Below are positions 37,167 through 47,797 of a stretch of DNA of 64,000 nucleotides, piece by piece. Both the position numbers and the translations under genes were made by a program. The DNA lies in assembly GCA_038078555.1 (NCBI GenBank), contig JBBTYQ010000001.1, positions 60,966 to 124,965 of the forward strand. Direction: 5' to 3'. The stretch is from Patescibacteria group bacterium. GTDB taxonomy: Bacteria > Patescibacteriota > Minisyncoccia > UBA6257 > UBA9933. The notes under the pieces were generated by a model. It worked only from the letters and a program-made list of their open reading frames with translations. It was not told where the DNA came from and ran no database searches. Each line of letters opens with the position of its first letter. Positions within the stretch are counted from its first letter, which is position 1.

Positions 37167-37237
37167 TGAAATTTTTATAACTTTTATAATTACGAGCCTG
37201 ATATGTTCTCGACCTTTTTAATCTATAAATTATAGCA

Positions 37238-37585
37238 TCATTGCAGGAATTTACTAATAATTACGTCAAAACTGAACGCTAATAAAGCTACTATAATGGC
37301 AATCACCGCATAAAGAATCCGCTTATTGGATTCTGTGATTTTTGTCGGGTCGCCTTGGGCGGTTAAATAAGAGAAAGCGGCTATAATAATAAAAAAAGCC
37401 GCAACAATGAAAAATAGCGTATAAGCCCAACCGAGAATTTTTTCAAAAATGCGGAATATGTCATTAAAACTTTTTATCGGCGAATCAGAAGGCGCGCCAG
37501 CCGCATTGATAAAAAAGATAGGGATAAAAATCAATAAGGCAGATAGCGAGAGTTTTTTAAAATATTTCTTGGATAATATTGTCAT
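37238..37585 (-). CDS. VirB2/TrbC-like pilin
   Basis: YLTAQGDPTKITESNKRILYA; paralog of the adjacent pilin. Confidence 0.85.
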   Translation of the reverse strand: MTILSKKYFKKLSLSALLIFIPIFFINAAGAPSDSPIKSFNDIFRIFEKILGWAYTLFFIVAAFFIIIAAFSYLTAQGDPTKITESNKRILYAVIAIIVALLAFSFDVIISKFLQ

Positions 37586-37592
37586 AAAAAGT

Positions 37593-37955
37593 TTAAATTA
37601 ATTTTGCTCCTAAGGCTTCTTGAATAATGTAAATTACGCCCCACGAACAGATGATAACGGCATAACCTATTGCGGCCCACATAATTGTCTTCCTTCCGCT
37701 TATTACTTGATCCGGCTTGTCGCCGGCGGTAAGTATCAAAAATCCGCCGTAAAGCACCATTAAAGCGACAATTGGGGCGCCGAGCTTGATTAAATAGCCG
37801 ATAATTCTTTGAACTAATTGAAGAAAAGTTTGGTCTTGCAAAGGATCTCTTAATCCTCCTGTTTCAAGAACTCCGGCAGCCAAAGCTGTTTGAAGCGAAA
37901 AGAAATAAGCAGAAACAAAAAACGATAAAATGTATTTTTTTGAGAAATTACCCAT
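37593..37955 (-). CDS. VirB2/TrbC-like pilin
   Basis: YGGFLILTAGDKPDQVISGRKTIMWAAIG. Confidence 0.85.
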   Translation of the reverse strand: MGNFSKKYILSFFVSAYFFSLQTALAAGVLETGGLRDPLQDQTFLQLVQRIIGYLIKLGAPIVALMVLYGGFLILTAGDKPDQVISGRKTIMWAAIGYAVIICSWGVIYIIQEALGAKLI

Positions 37956-38025
37956 TTATTTTATTATTTGATAATTGATATTTAAAGTCAATCCCGCGCG
38001 ATTTATGATTTTGTGGCACAGATAT

Positions 38026-38436
38026 TTAACAGTGGATTGCCGTTCTTATTTCCAATGGATTAAACGGCTGGCCGGTTAAAAGCATAAGCAATTCTTTGAT
38101 TATCAGCCAGGCGGCTAGCGCTATTAAGAGCCCGATTACCGCGGCTTTAATAACATCTCCCCCTCTTTTGAGTTCGCTGGCAGAGTCTCGGCTTATCATA
38201 ATTACAAAACCGCCGTAAATTATGAAAATAACTGTTAAAGGAATAGCAACGCTATAAAGCGCAAAATTTATAATATTTTCTCCGAGAGTCAGTAAATCGC
38301 AAAACTTGCAACTTGCTCCTTCGCAAGGAATAAGCCCGGCGGCGCTTGCCATAAAAGGAGAATTTAAAATCGTAAACAAAAAAATAACAGCATAAAAAGC
38401 AAAAATTTTAAATTTTAAATAATTTTGACTTTTCAT
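38026..38436 (-). CDS. VirB2/TrbC-like pilin with Cys-rich N-terminus
   Basis: GLIPCEGASCKFCDL; YGGFVIMIS...IKAAVIGLLI. Confidence 0.8.
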   Translation of the reverse strand: MKSQNYLKFKIFAFYAVIFLFTILNSPFMASAAGLIPCEGASCKFCDLLTLGENIINFALYSVAIPLTVIFIIYGGFVIMISRDSASELKRGGDVIKAAVIGLLIALAAWLIIKELLMLLTGQPFNPLEIRTAIHC

Positions 38437-38438
38437 TT

Positions 38439-39746
38439 TTATTTTAGCGAATTTATTTTACTTTCCGCTTCTTCGAGCGCTTTTTGAGGCGATAATCGGC
38501 CGGCTAAAACCGCTTCAATCGCATCAGAAAAAATTTTTCTTGATTCATTGGCATCCGGCTGGGGCCAGGATTCTGCGGTTAAGGCTTGAGCGGCAAAAAT
38601 TCCCAAATTATCATCAGCTTGGTATTTTGTGATTAGAGACCTCAAAGCCGGAGGCCGTTTGCTGGCTTCTAAATATTTTTCAGCGATCTCGGGATTGCCA
38701 AAGCTTGAGACAATAAAATTCCATGCCCAAGCATTATTTTTGCTTTGCTTGGAAACTGCCAATCCCCAATAATCAGGATAATTTTTTTTATCAGTAGCTT
38801 CAATATTTTCCATTTGCAGCATTGGCGCAATTGCAATGTTTAAAAAGGGATTTTTTGATTTAATTATTGAAATAGCCGAGCTGTAATCAAAGATTGCGGC
38901 TGTTTGGCCTTGACTGAAGCTATCCAAAGAATTTCGCAGATTATCGCTCCATGTGTAATAAATATTTTGCGGATTGCTAAAACTCAAATAAAAATTGAAA
39001 GCTTCCAGTCCTTCGTCGTGGCTGAAAATAGGTTTGTCTCGCTCGTCGATTATACTTGATCCGAATTGCATCATTATCAAATTTAATAAGTCCGAAGCAT
39101 TGGCAATGCTTTTTCCCGAGCCGCCGATAGCTGCCGCTGATTTGATAATTCTGTTACTAGGGTCAACTTCTGTTAATCGCGGAATAATATATTTAAATTG
39201 AGTCCAATTATTTGGAGCAATTGCTATGCCTTTGGCATCGAAAATGCCTTTATTGTAAATAAAAGCCAAAGTGTCGATATAAATTGGTAAAGCGTAAATT
39301 TTTTCTGATTCTTCAGGCGTTTGTTTAAGGACAAAATCCTGTTTTACGACACTCGGAAAACTTTCGCTGAAACTTTTTAAAGTTAATTGTTCGGAATTTA
39401 TCGGAGAAATAATTTCCGAGTATTTCGGCAGCCAGCTGTTATGAATCATGAAAATATCCGGTCCTTTTCCGCCGGCTAGCGAAGAAATAAGCTGGCTCTC
39501 ATAATTCTTTTCGCTTAATTGGAGATAATTTATCTGTACGCTCTGATAAATTTGATTATAGGCTTCAATTAAAGGGCGCATATTGTTTTCTTCCTCAATG
39601 CCCCAGATGTTTATTGTCACTCCTTCTCCGCTTCCGTTATTTGACGACCTTAATCCCGGAATAACGCCGATAATTACCAAAATAAAAAATAAAATAATTC
39701 CGCCGGCAGCGGCAATAATGATAATTTGGTTACGGGAAAAATTCAT
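38439..39746 (-). CDS. extracellular solute-binding protein (carbohydrate ABC type)
   Basis: TM anchor; GKGPDIF, YALPIYIDTLAFIYNK, YWGLAVSK. Confidence 0.85.
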   Translation of the reverse strand: MNFSRNQIIIIAAAGGIILFFILVIIGVIPGLRSSNNGSGEGVTINIWGIEEENNMRPLIEAYNQIYQSVQINYLQLSEKNYESQLISSLAGGKGPDIFMIHNSWLPKYSEIISPINSEQLTLKSFSESFPSVVKQDFVLKQTPEESEKIYALPIYIDTLAFIYNKGIFDAKGIAIAPNNWTQFKYIIPRLTEVDPSNRIIKSAAAIGGSGKSIANASDLLNLIMMQFGSSIIDERDKPIFSHDEGLEAFNFYLSFSNPQNIYYTWSDNLRNSLDSFSQGQTAAIFDYSSAISIIKSKNPFLNIAIAPMLQMENIEATDKKNYPDYWGLAVSKQSKNNAWAWNFIVSSFGNPEIAEKYLEASKRPPALRSLITKYQADDNLGIFAAQALTAESWPQPDANESRKIFSDAIEAVLAGRLSPQKALEEAESKINSLK

Positions 39747-39765
39747 AAAATTTACGCCTTTATTT

Positions 39766-42210
39766 TTATAATATAACCACGCCTGCCACCTTATCCCCTG
39801 CTTTTAATTTCATTATTCTCACTCCGGAAGTGGCGCGGCCGGCAGTTCTGATATCAGCGATTTTTGTTTTAATGATTTGGCCTTTGCTTGAGAGCGCTAA
39901 AAGCTCTTCTTCATCGCTGATAATTTGAGCTGAAATAATCAAACCGGTTTTAGCCGAGATTTTTGCGGTTTTGATTCCACTGCCTCCCCGGCTTTGGATT
40001 TTGTATTCTTTGAGATTGGTTTGCTTGGCAAATCCGTTCTCGGTTACTATCAACAATTTCTCGTTTTTTCCCAATCCTTTTTCGCTTGTTTTCATTATAT
40101 CAAGTCCAGCCACAAAATCACCTTTTTTTAATCTGATTGATTTCACGCCGGAGGCGTTTCGTCCCATTGGCCGCAGTTGAGATTCTTTAAATCTTATTGC
40201 CTGGCCTTGAGCTGTCGGAGTTATTACTTCGTCTTTTCCCGAAGACAGCTTCACCCATTTTAATTCGTCGCCCTTGGAAAGATTTATAGCGATTATTCCA
40301 GTTTTTCTGATATTAAAAAAATCTTCTAAGGGCGTTTTCTTAATAACTCCTTCCTTGGTGGCCATTACCAAAAAGTTATCGATTAATTTTTCCGGATAAC
40401 TTACAATTGCGCTTACTTTTTCTTCAGACGGAATTTCCAAAAAATTTTGGATTAATTTGCCTTTGGAAATTCGGCTGGCGGCGGGAATTTCATAAACTTT
40501 GGTTTGATAAACTCTGCCTCGGTCGGTAAAAAATAAAATATTGTCGTGAGTGTCGGCCGCAAGAAAATGGCTGATAAAATCTTCTTCCCCGACTTCCGAA
40601 CCAATCAGGCCTTTGCCGCCTCGGCGCTGGATTTTAAATGTCGTCGGCGGCACTCTTTTGATATAACCGCTTGAAGACAGCGTGATAACCGCCTCTTCCT
40701 GAGGAATCAAATCTTCTTCTTTGAATTCTTTGAGTACTCCGCTTGCCACCTTTGTTCTGCGTTCATCGCCGTATTTTTCCTTGATTTCTAAAAGCTCGTC
40801 TTTGACAACTTTAAGTATTTTGGCCGGGCTTTTAAGAAGCGCTTCCAGTTCAGCGATTAATTTTTTCTTTTCCTTGAGCTCATCTTCTATTTTTTGTCTC
40901 TCTAAAGCCGCTAACGCTCTTAGCTTCATTTCCAAAATCGCCTGAGCCTGAATATCGGTAAGCTTGAATTCTTTTATCAGCTTTTGCCGGGCTTCTTCCG
41001 TGTCTTTTGATTTTTTAATTGTGGCAATTATTTTATCAATTACCGAAAGAGCCTTTGCCAAGCCTTCCAATATATGAGCTCTTTCTTTGGCTTTTTTAAG
41101 GTCAAATTGGACTCGGTGTTCAATAACTTTTTTGCGGTGTTCCGAATAGGCCGCCAAAATGTCCTTTAATGACATTAGTTGCGGCTGAATTCCATTTGCC
41201 AGCGCAATCAAATTAAGATGAAAATCTTTTTGAAGGTCAGTGTGCTTATAAAGAGAATTTAAAATCTTCTGGGCCGAGGCGCTGCCTTTGACTTCAATTA
41301 CTATTCGTATGCCTTCGCGGTCGCTTTCGTCCCGAACGTCTTTAATGCCTTCAATTCTTTTATCCTGAACCAGCTCTGCTATTTTTATTATTAACTCCGA
41401 TTTATTTACCTGATAAGGAATTTCGGTGATTACTATATTAAATTGGCCTTCTTTGCCGCGTTCTATTATTTCTGCTTTGGCTCTGGTGGTAATCGGCCCT
41501 TTGCCGGAGCTATAAGTTTCCACCATGGATTTTTTGTCATAAATAATTCCGCCGGTGGGAAAATCAGGGCCTTGGACGAATTGCAATAAATCTTCAGTTG
41601 ATGACTTGGGGTTATCAATAAGATGAACAGTCGCATCGACAATTTCTGATAAGTTATGGGGAGGAACATTGGTAGTCATGCCGACCGCAATGCCGGAAGT
41701 TCCATTAAGGAGAAAATTAGGCAATTTTGAAGGAAGTACTTTTGGCTCTAATTTTGTGGCATCGTAATTTTGCTGCCAATCAACAGTTTCTTTTTCTATA
41801 TCAACAAGCATTTCTTCCGCAATTTTTGATAATCGGCACTCTGTGTATCTCATCGCCGCTTGATTATCGCCGTCGATTGATCCCCAGTTGCCTTGGCCTT
41901 CTATTAAAGGATAACGCAGAGAAAAATCCTGAGTCATTCTGGCTAAGGCGTCGTAAACCGCAATATCGCCGTGCGGGTGGTATTTACCGAGTACTTCTCC
42001 GACCACATTAGCCGACTTTCTGAATTTAACAGAATGTGTTAATCCGCTTTCCCACATTGCCCAAAGGATTCTTCGGTGAACCGGTTTTAAGCCGTCTCGG
42101 ACATCCGGCAAGGCGCGGGAAACAATTACGGACATTGCATAATCAAGATAAGATTCCTGAAGTTCTTTGGTTATATCCTTTTTTTCAATTTTTTGTGAAC
42201 TATTATCCAT
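39766..42210 (-). CDS. gyrA: DNA gyrase subunit A
   Basis: [38 protein letters not shown], GyrA-box QRRGGKG. Confidence 0.97.
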   Translation of the reverse strand: MDNSSQKIEKKDITKELQESYLDYAMSVIVSRALPDVRDGLKPVHRRILWAMWESGLTHSVKFRKSANVVGEVLGKYHPHGDIAVYDALARMTQDFSLRYPLIEGQGNWGSIDGDNQAAMRYTECRLSKIAEEMLVDIEKETVDWQQNYDATKLEPKVLPSKLPNFLLNGTSGIAVGMTTNVPPHNLSEIVDATVHLIDNPKSSTEDLLQFVQGPDFPTGGIIYDKKSMVETYSSGKGPITTRAKAEIIERGKEGQFNIVITEIPYQVNKSELIIKIAELVQDKRIEGIKDVRDESDREGIRIVIEVKGSASAQKILNSLYKHTDLQKDFHLNLIALANGIQPQLMSLKDILAAYSEHRKKVIEHRVQFDLKKAKERAHILEGLAKALSVIDKIIATIKKSKDTEEARQKLIKEFKLTDIQAQAILEMKLRALAALERQKIEDELKEKKKLIAELEALLKSPAKILKVVKDELLEIKEKYGDERRTKVASGVLKEFKEEDLIPQEEAVITLSSSGYIKRVPPTTFKIQRRGGKGLIGSEVGEEDFISHFLAADTHDNILFFTDRGRVYQTKVYEIPAASRISKGKLIQNFLEIPSEEKVSAIVSYPEKLIDNFLVMATKEGVIKKTPLEDFFNIRKTGIIAINLSKGDELKWVKLSSGKDEVITPTAQGQAIRFKESQLRPMGRNASGVKSIRLKKGDFVAGLDIMKTSEKGLGKNEKLLIVTENGFAKQTNLKEYKIQSRGGSGIKTAKISAKTGLIISAQIISDEEELLALSSKGQIIKTKIADIRTAGRATSGVRIMKLKAGDKVAGVVIL

Positions 42211-42214
42211 AAAA

Positions 42215-42505
42215 TTAATTTTCTATAATGATTGTCCTTTGCCCGATAATTTTAGAAATAATTTCTTGGCTATTGTCTTTTATTGACGAGCTGGTAATTT
42301 TTATCCCAGCGCTAAAAATTTGCCAAAAACCAATCTCGGTTTTTTCAGTTTTTTTTGAAACAGTCCTGTCAAAAAAATAATTAAGGTAGACAAGCCAAAA
42401 TGCAATTATTAAAACTGCCGATATTGAGCTTAAGGCGATCAGCCAGATTTTTTTGGCGCTTTCGCTGGAATTTTGAATTTTTTCTAAATGCGTTCTTAGA
42501 GACAT
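42215..42505 (-). CDS. small membrane hypothetical protein
   Basis: Single TM helix; tightly packed in the operon. Confidence 0.65.
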   Translation of the reverse strand: MSLRTHLEKIQNSSESAKKIWLIALSSISAVLIIAFWLVYLNYFFDRTVSKKTEKTEIGFWQIFSAGIKITSSSIKDNSQEIISKIIGQRTIIIEN

Positions 42506-42509
42506 ATTT

Positions 42510-43139
42510 TTATATTTTCAAAACAACAACCTGAGCTGATTTGATATCTGCTAAATCTTTCTTTTTAACGGAAAATTTTTCTTGAGGCTCTATTTTTTGA
42601 TGATTTGCTTCTTCTAAAAATTCTTTTAAATCATCGGACGGTCTTTTTAATCCGGAGACTTTATAAAAAGAAGGAATGACTATTTTGGGCTCGATTTGTT
42701 TTATCAGTTTGGCAGCCAAGGCTTGATTCAAAAACGGCTTGCCGCCAGCCGGAATAAATAATACATCAACCTCTTCAAGGAATTCGGAAATTTCCGGGCT
42801 GGGCATTTCTGAAATATGGCCGAGCAGACAAAGTTTCAACCCCTCAGCTTTTAATAAGTAAACGGTTTTAAGAAATTTTTCAGAAGATTCTTTTATCAAG
42901 CCAAAACCTTGGATGTCTATATTTTTTGCGTTGTATTGGCCAGGCCCGAAAATTTCCGTAACCTCCGTATCCAAAAGGTCGGTTTTTTTCAGCGGATAAG
43001 GTGCGAGCGTTTTAATTAATAAGTCAAATTTAAATCTAGGCACGGAAAGGCCGCTTTGAGATTCAAATGGATCAATTAAAACAGTTGCTTCTCCAACTTG
43101 CATTTTGAAACAACCTTCTCCGTAATAAGATATAACCAT
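42510..43139 (-). CDS. MBL-fold protein (Lactamase_B_3-like) with degenerate metal site
   Basis: YYGEGCF, LIDPF, GPGQY, DVLFIPAGG, IEPKIVIP; no HxHxDH motif. Confidence 0.75.
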   Translation of the reverse strand: MVISYYGEGCFKMQVGEATVLIDPFESQSGLSVPRFKFDLLIKTLAPYPLKKTDLLDTEVTEIFGPGQYNAKNIDIQGFGLIKESSEKFLKTVYLLKAEGLKLCLLGHISEMPSPEISEFLEEVDVLFIPAGGKPFLNQALAAKLIKQIEPKIVIPSFYKVSGLKRPSDDLKEFLEEANHQKIEPQEKFSVKKKDLADIKSAQVVVLKI

Positions 43140-43254
43140 AATTTTATTCTCGAGCTCTTTTAACTATTATTAAAAAACGCTTTGCGATTAATGCTAAGCG
43201 GTTTATTCATTATATCACTGCCCCTCTTGATTTTCAACAGCTAGTATTCTATTA

Positions 43255-44370
43255 TTGGCATTACTATTTATATATATGAGCGTTCAAGAAGCAGTCAAAA
43301 AAATATCTTCTTTATCTCAGCTTATTAAGAATTCACCCGAGCTGGCTTCTTTTCTTAGGGCTGGCGATTTAATTGAGGCTAAATTTTTGGGTAAGCGTAA
43401 AGGTGCGGCTTATTTCGATTTAAATAAATTCGGCACTGGTATCGTTTTTGGTTTTGAATTGGTTAATGCAAAGGAAATTGTTAAAAATCTTAAGGTTGGG
43501 GACGTCGTTAGCGCTAAAGTTGTTTCCTTAGAAAACGAAGAGGGTTATGCCGAACTTTCTTTAGCCGGAGCCTCTAAACAGCAAGGCTGGCAAAATCTTA
43601 AAGAGATTATGGAAACTAACGAGATTTTAACTATTAAAGTAATCGGCGCCAATAGCGGCGGATTAATCAGCGAAATTAATGATATTAAAGCGTTTCTTCC
43701 GGTTTCTCATCTTTCTTCCGAGCATTATCCCCGGATGGAAAGCAATGAAAAAGAAAAAATTTTGGCTGAGCTCAGAAAATTTGTCGGTCAAGATTTAAAA
43801 GTAAAAATCCTGGATCTTAATTCCCGCGTTGGCAAGCTAATTATTTCCGAAAGAGGCGCAATTGAGGAAGATATTAAAAAATTACTGGAAAAATATAAAG
43901 TCGGAGATATTGTCGAAGGCATTATTTCCGGCGTGACTAATTTTGGCGCCTTTGTCCGGTTTGTCGATGAGCCGGCTATTGAAGGGCTTATTCACCTTTC
44001 AGAGCTTGAGCATAGAATAATTGAAAGCCCCAAAGAAGTGGTTAAAGTTGATGAAGCGGTAAAAGTAAAAATAATAGAAATTAAAGACAGCCAAGTTTTT
44101 CTTTCGTTGAAAGCCATCAAATTAGACCCTTGGGATAAAATCGAAGAAAAATTCAAGGAAAAGCAAGAAGTTAAAGGAATTGTTTGTAAATTTTATCCGT
44201 TCGGCGCTCTGATTAATCTGGAGCATGGTCTTCAGGGACTTATTAATGTTGCAGAATTTGGCGGAGTTGAAGAAATGAAAAGCAACTTGGAGCCGGGCAA
44301 GGAATACCAATTCATTATTGATTTGATAAAACCTCAGGAGAAAAGAATTATCCTAAAAATAAAAAAATAA
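43255..44370 (+). CDS. rpsA: S1-domain ribosomal protein S1-like
   Basis: About 4 S1 repeats (AFLPVSHL, FGAFV..EGLIHLSEL); ATG at 43276 is the likely start. Confidence 0.85.
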   Translation: MALLFIYMSVQEAVKKISSLSQLIKNSPELASFLRAGDLIEAKFLGKRKGAAYFDLNKFGTGIVFGFELVNAKEIVKNLKVGDVVSAKVVSLENEEGYAELSLAGASKQQGWQNLKEIMETNEILTIKVIGANSGGLISEINDIKAFLPVSHLSSEHYPRMESNEKEKILAELRKFVGQDLKVKILDLNSRVGKLIISERGAIEEDIKKLLEKYKVGDIVEGIISGVTNFGAFVRFVDEPAIEGLIHLSELEHRIIESPKEVVKVDEAVKVKIIEIKDSQVFLSLKAIKLDPWDKIEEKFKEKQEVKGIVCKFYPFGALINLEHGLQGLINVAEFGGVEEMKSNLEPGKEYQFIIDLIKPQEKRIILKIKK

Positions 44371-44492
44371 ATTTTTAAAACCCCGAAAAATTCGGGGATT
44401 TTTATTGACAAATTTAATTTCTCAGGCAATACTATTCTTTCGTGCGTAAATCGTGCATGGATGTTCTTTGAAAATTTCTAAGGGGGATTGTA

Positions 44493-45281
44493 ATGAAAGA
44501 GATGCTGATAAATCTGTTAGTAGGCGGATCAGGTATTTTAGTTGTGATAGGCATGTATTTTTTTGTCGCCACTCACGGCTCTTTATGGGTTCAAAGATGC
44601 TGGCATTGTAAATATAAAGACATTTATTGGCTTTATAAAAATCCATACTTGATTTGGTTTACCGATCGGCAGCCACTCATCTCCACGATTCTTTTGGGCA
44701 AGTACTTTAAAATGACGAGCGATATAATAAAAGCGATAAATCAGCAAAGCGTTGCCAATAAAAGAATTTTGCAGATAGGCTGTGCTTTCGGCCAGTTTTC
44801 TCAAAAAATAGCGGAGAATTGTCGGGCAGAGTCAGTTTCAGTTGTTGATTTAATTAAATCCGAAATAATCAATAGCCGAAGCAAGATTGGGATGATCAGC
44901 GCAAAATCGGATTTTAATTTTATTGTGGCTAGCGGCGCGCCGCTTCCATATAAAGATGAAACATTTAATTGCGTGATTCTTTTCTTTCTTTTTCACGAGC
45001 TGCCAATAGAAGAAAAAGCTAAGGTTCTTAAAGAAGCGTCTCGGGTTTTAAAAGTTGGTGGCGAAATTGTTTTTGCTGAATTTCACCGGCCTTTTTCCAG
45101 ATTACTAAGGGTTTCCGGGCGCTGTTTTTTCTGGGTTTTTGAGCCTTATGCCAAAGAAATGTGGAATAAGTTTGAACCTATAAAAGTTTTGAACCAGGAA
45201 ACGCCTAATAAATGGCGAGACAAAAGGATAACTTACCTGATGGGAAATTATCAGGTATTAAGAATAAAAAAAATAAATTAA
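44493..45281 (+). CDS. class I SAM-dependent methyltransferase-fold protein, RquA-like
   Basis: YWLY..P..WFTDRQ..TILLGKY, LQIGCAFG, VVD, LFFLFHE, EFHRP, FEPYAKEMW, GNYQ. Confidence 0.7.
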   Translation: MKEMLINLLVGGSGILVVIGMYFFVATHGSLWVQRCWHCKYKDIYWLYKNPYLIWFTDRQPLISTILLGKYFKMTSDIIKAINQQSVANKRILQIGCAFGQFSQKIAENCRAESVSVVDLIKSEIINSRSKIGMISAKSDFNFIVASGAPLPYKDETFNCVILFFLFHELPIEEKAKVLKEASRVLKVGGEIVFAEFHRPFSRLLRVSGRCFFWVFEPYAKEMWNKFEPIKVLNQETPNKWRDKRITYLMGNYQVLRIKKIN

Positions 45282-45290
45282 TTATGTTTT

Positions 45291-45317
45291 ATAGGCTCCG
45301 CTTGCGGAGCCTATTTT
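45291..45317 (+). terminator. intrinsic terminator
   Basis: ATAGGCTCCGC-TT-GCGGAGCCTATTTT. Confidence 0.75.
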
Positions 45318-45357
45318 ATTTGACAATTTTTTATTATTATGCTAAGTTAAGGAACAA

Positions 45358-46383
45358 ATGACTAATCTAAAAAATATAATTAATAATTTTGTATCAGTTT
45401 TTTCGCCCCGGCAAAAAGACATTATTGAAAAAAGATTTGGCTTGGCTGGAGAAGTGCAGACTTTGGCGGCCGTTGGAAAAAAATATAACCTAACTCGAGA
45501 AAGAGTAAGGCAGATTGAAGCTATGGCGCTAAAATCAATCGGCGAGAAGCTCAAAAACAGCGCGGCAGAAGAATTTATGAATGCCGCCCTGGCTTATCTT
45601 GAAAAAACTGGCGGAGTAAGAAAAGAAGAGGACTTTTTAAGCGACCTTAAAAATTTGTTCGGCGATCAAACCATTAGCCGCTCGCAGTTGAAATTCATTT
45701 GTGAAATCAACGGCCGGCCGTATTATCATCCAGGCGATAAAGATTTTTATGATTTTTGGTATTCAAGTAAAGAAGTTTTTGAGAATGTCCGCGCTATAAT
45801 AAATAAATTAGAAAAATTCTTGTCAGACAAGAAAGATAAAATAATTTTAGAAAAAAAGTTTAACGAGTTTTTTAGCCAATTTATCAAATCAAATAATTTG
45901 GAAAAATCAACTGTTCAAAATTACCTGCTTATTTCCAAAAAATTTGCCATTAATCCTTACGGTGATTTCGGGCTTTCCTCTTGGGATGAAATAAGCCCCA
46001 AAACAATCAGGGCCAAAATTTTGCTGATTTTAAAAAAGCAAGGCAAGCCTTTGCATTTCCGCGAAATTACCAAGCAGATAAATGATATTAAATTAAATAA
46101 GCGGGCGGCTTTGCCGCAGACGGTTCACAATGAATTAATTCGTGACCCGAATTTTGTTTTAGTCGGCCGCGGCATGTATGGCCTTTCGGAATTCGGGCTT
46201 ATGCCGGGCACAGCCAAAGAAGTTATTGCAAGAATTTTAAAAAGCAAAGGCCCGATGGCGGCTAATCGCATTGTTGATTTGGTGCTTCAGGAAAGATTTC
46301 TTAAGCAAAATACTATTTTATTGAATCTTCAAAATAAAAAGCATTTTAAAAAAATGCCCGACGGAAAATATCAGCTTGCTTAA
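45358..46383 (+). CDS. sigma70 region-4 HTH + winged-helix (HARE-HTH/delta-like) protein
   Basis: RFGL...TLAAVG..YNLTRERVRQIE; PLHFREI; TVHNELI..FVLVGRGMYGL. Confidence 0.8.
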   Translation: MTNLKNIINNFVSVFSPRQKDIIEKRFGLAGEVQTLAAVGKKYNLTRERVRQIEAMALKSIGEKLKNSAAEEFMNAALAYLEKTGGVRKEEDFLSDLKNLFGDQTISRSQLKFICEINGRPYYHPGDKDFYDFWYSSKEVFENVRAIINKLEKFLSDKKDKIILEKKFNEFFSQFIKSNNLEKSTVQNYLLISKKFAINPYGDFGLSSWDEISPKTIRAKILLILKKQGKPLHFREITKQINDIKLNKRAALPQTVHNELIRDPNFVLVGRGMYGLSEFGLMPGTAKEVIARILKSKGPMAANRIVDLVLQERFLKQNTILLNLQNKKHFKKMPDGKYQLA

Positions 46384-46468
46384 TTTTAAGCCGTCGATCA
46401 TTGACATTAGTCATTTTCAATTAAGTTTTGTAAAATATTAAGAATTAAAGATTGGCCGCGTTCAATTT

Positions 46469-47770
46469 ATGGTTGAAATTTATAAAGGCATTCTTCAGAG
46501 TATTTTTCAGGCGTTTTCTTACAGCTGGTGGATTGTTTTGCCGATTTTTTTGTTTTCGATTTTTTGGAAAGTTTGGATAATTTATATTCGGACAAGGACT
46601 ATCAGCAAAATCAAATGGAAGCTTTTTGAAATTAAAGTTACCACGGAAGTTTTGAAAACTCCTAAATCAATGGAGCAAGTGATTGCCGGTCTTTATGCTT
46701 CTTATTCTTACGGCCTTAATTGGCTAAAGAAATACGTTGATGGTGAAGTTGAAAAACGGTTTTCTTTGGAAATGGTCGGCACTTCCAGCGGCGTTTATTT
46801 TTATATTTATGCTCCGGCTGACAGCCAGAATTTGGTGGAATCGGCTGTTTACGGTCAGTATCCTGAAGCGGAAATAAATGAAGTTGAAGATTATGCCGAT
46901 TTTGTTTCTTCGGTTTTGCCCAATGAAGTTTATGATGTTTTTGGCATGGAACTGGGACTGGCTAGAGATAGTTTTTATCCGATTAAAAGATATTATTATT
47001 TTGAGGCAATGGTTGAAGAACAGCGCATTGACCCTATAGCTGCCATTTCCGAAGTAATGTCAAAATTAAAAGAAGACGAAAAAATCTGGATTCAGATTTT
47101 AATCAGTCCGACCGGATCAGCTACCGGCAACGACTGGAAAAAAGAAGGTGAGAAAAAAATAGACGAAATTATCGGCCGGAAAAAAGACAAGAAATCCGGA
47201 GGATTTTTTAGCGACATCAATGTTTTTATCAATAATTTTTTATGGGCGCCGGTGGAGCCTCCGATTTGGCCGGGCGAAAAAAAACCCGATGCGCCGACTA
47301 ATAGAACTCTTTCTCCGGATGAACAGGACTTAGTTAAAGAAATTTACAATAAAATTTCTTATTTGGGTTTTGAGTTTTTAATCCGGTTCGTTTATATTGA
47401 CCGGCAAGATAGTTTTTCGCCCGCCAATGTTTCGGCGATAATGGGCGCTTTGCATCAGTTTAACACCCAAAATCTTAATGCTTTTAAGCCCAATACCATG
47501 ACTATAACTAATTACGATTCTTTATTAGCCAGAATTTTTCCCTCGTATAAAAAAATGATAGTGCTTTACAAAAAAAGAAGATTATTCAATTATTATAAAC
47601 AAAGAAGATTCGGGCAATTTAATAAAATCAGAGAAGAGAAGTTTTCCGTATTAAATACGGAAGAATTGGCAACTATTTTTCACTTCCCGACCGTTATTGT
47701 GAAAGCGCCTTCGCTTAAGAGGGTTGAAGCCAAAAAAGGAAGTCCGCCTTCTGGGTTGCCCACAGAATAA
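46469..47770 (+). CDS. conserved membrane-anchored hypothetical protein, partner of the TraD-like ATPase
   Basis: TM helix; KTPKSMEQV, YGQYPEAEI..VEDY, LNTEELATIFHFP. Confidence 0.75.
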   Translation: MVEIYKGILQSIFQAFSYSWWIVLPIFLFSIFWKVWIIYIRTRTISKIKWKLFEIKVTTEVLKTPKSMEQVIAGLYASYSYGLNWLKKYVDGEVEKRFSLEMVGTSSGVYFYIYAPADSQNLVESAVYGQYPEAEINEVEDYADFVSSVLPNEVYDVFGMELGLARDSFYPIKRYYYFEAMVEEQRIDPIAAISEVMSKLKEDEKIWIQILISPTGSATGNDWKKEGEKKIDEIIGRKKDKKSGGFFSDINVFINNFLWAPVEPPIWPGEKKPDAPTNRTLSPDEQDLVKEIYNKISYLGFEFLIRFVYIDRQDSFSPANVSAIMGALHQFNTQNLNAFKPNTMTITNYDSLLARIFPSYKKMIVLYKKRRLFNYYKQRRFGQFNKIREEKFSVLNTEELATIFHFPTVIVKAPSLKRVEAKKGSPPSGLPTE

Positions 47771-47797
47771 TTTAATGAATAATTAATCAATCTTCAG

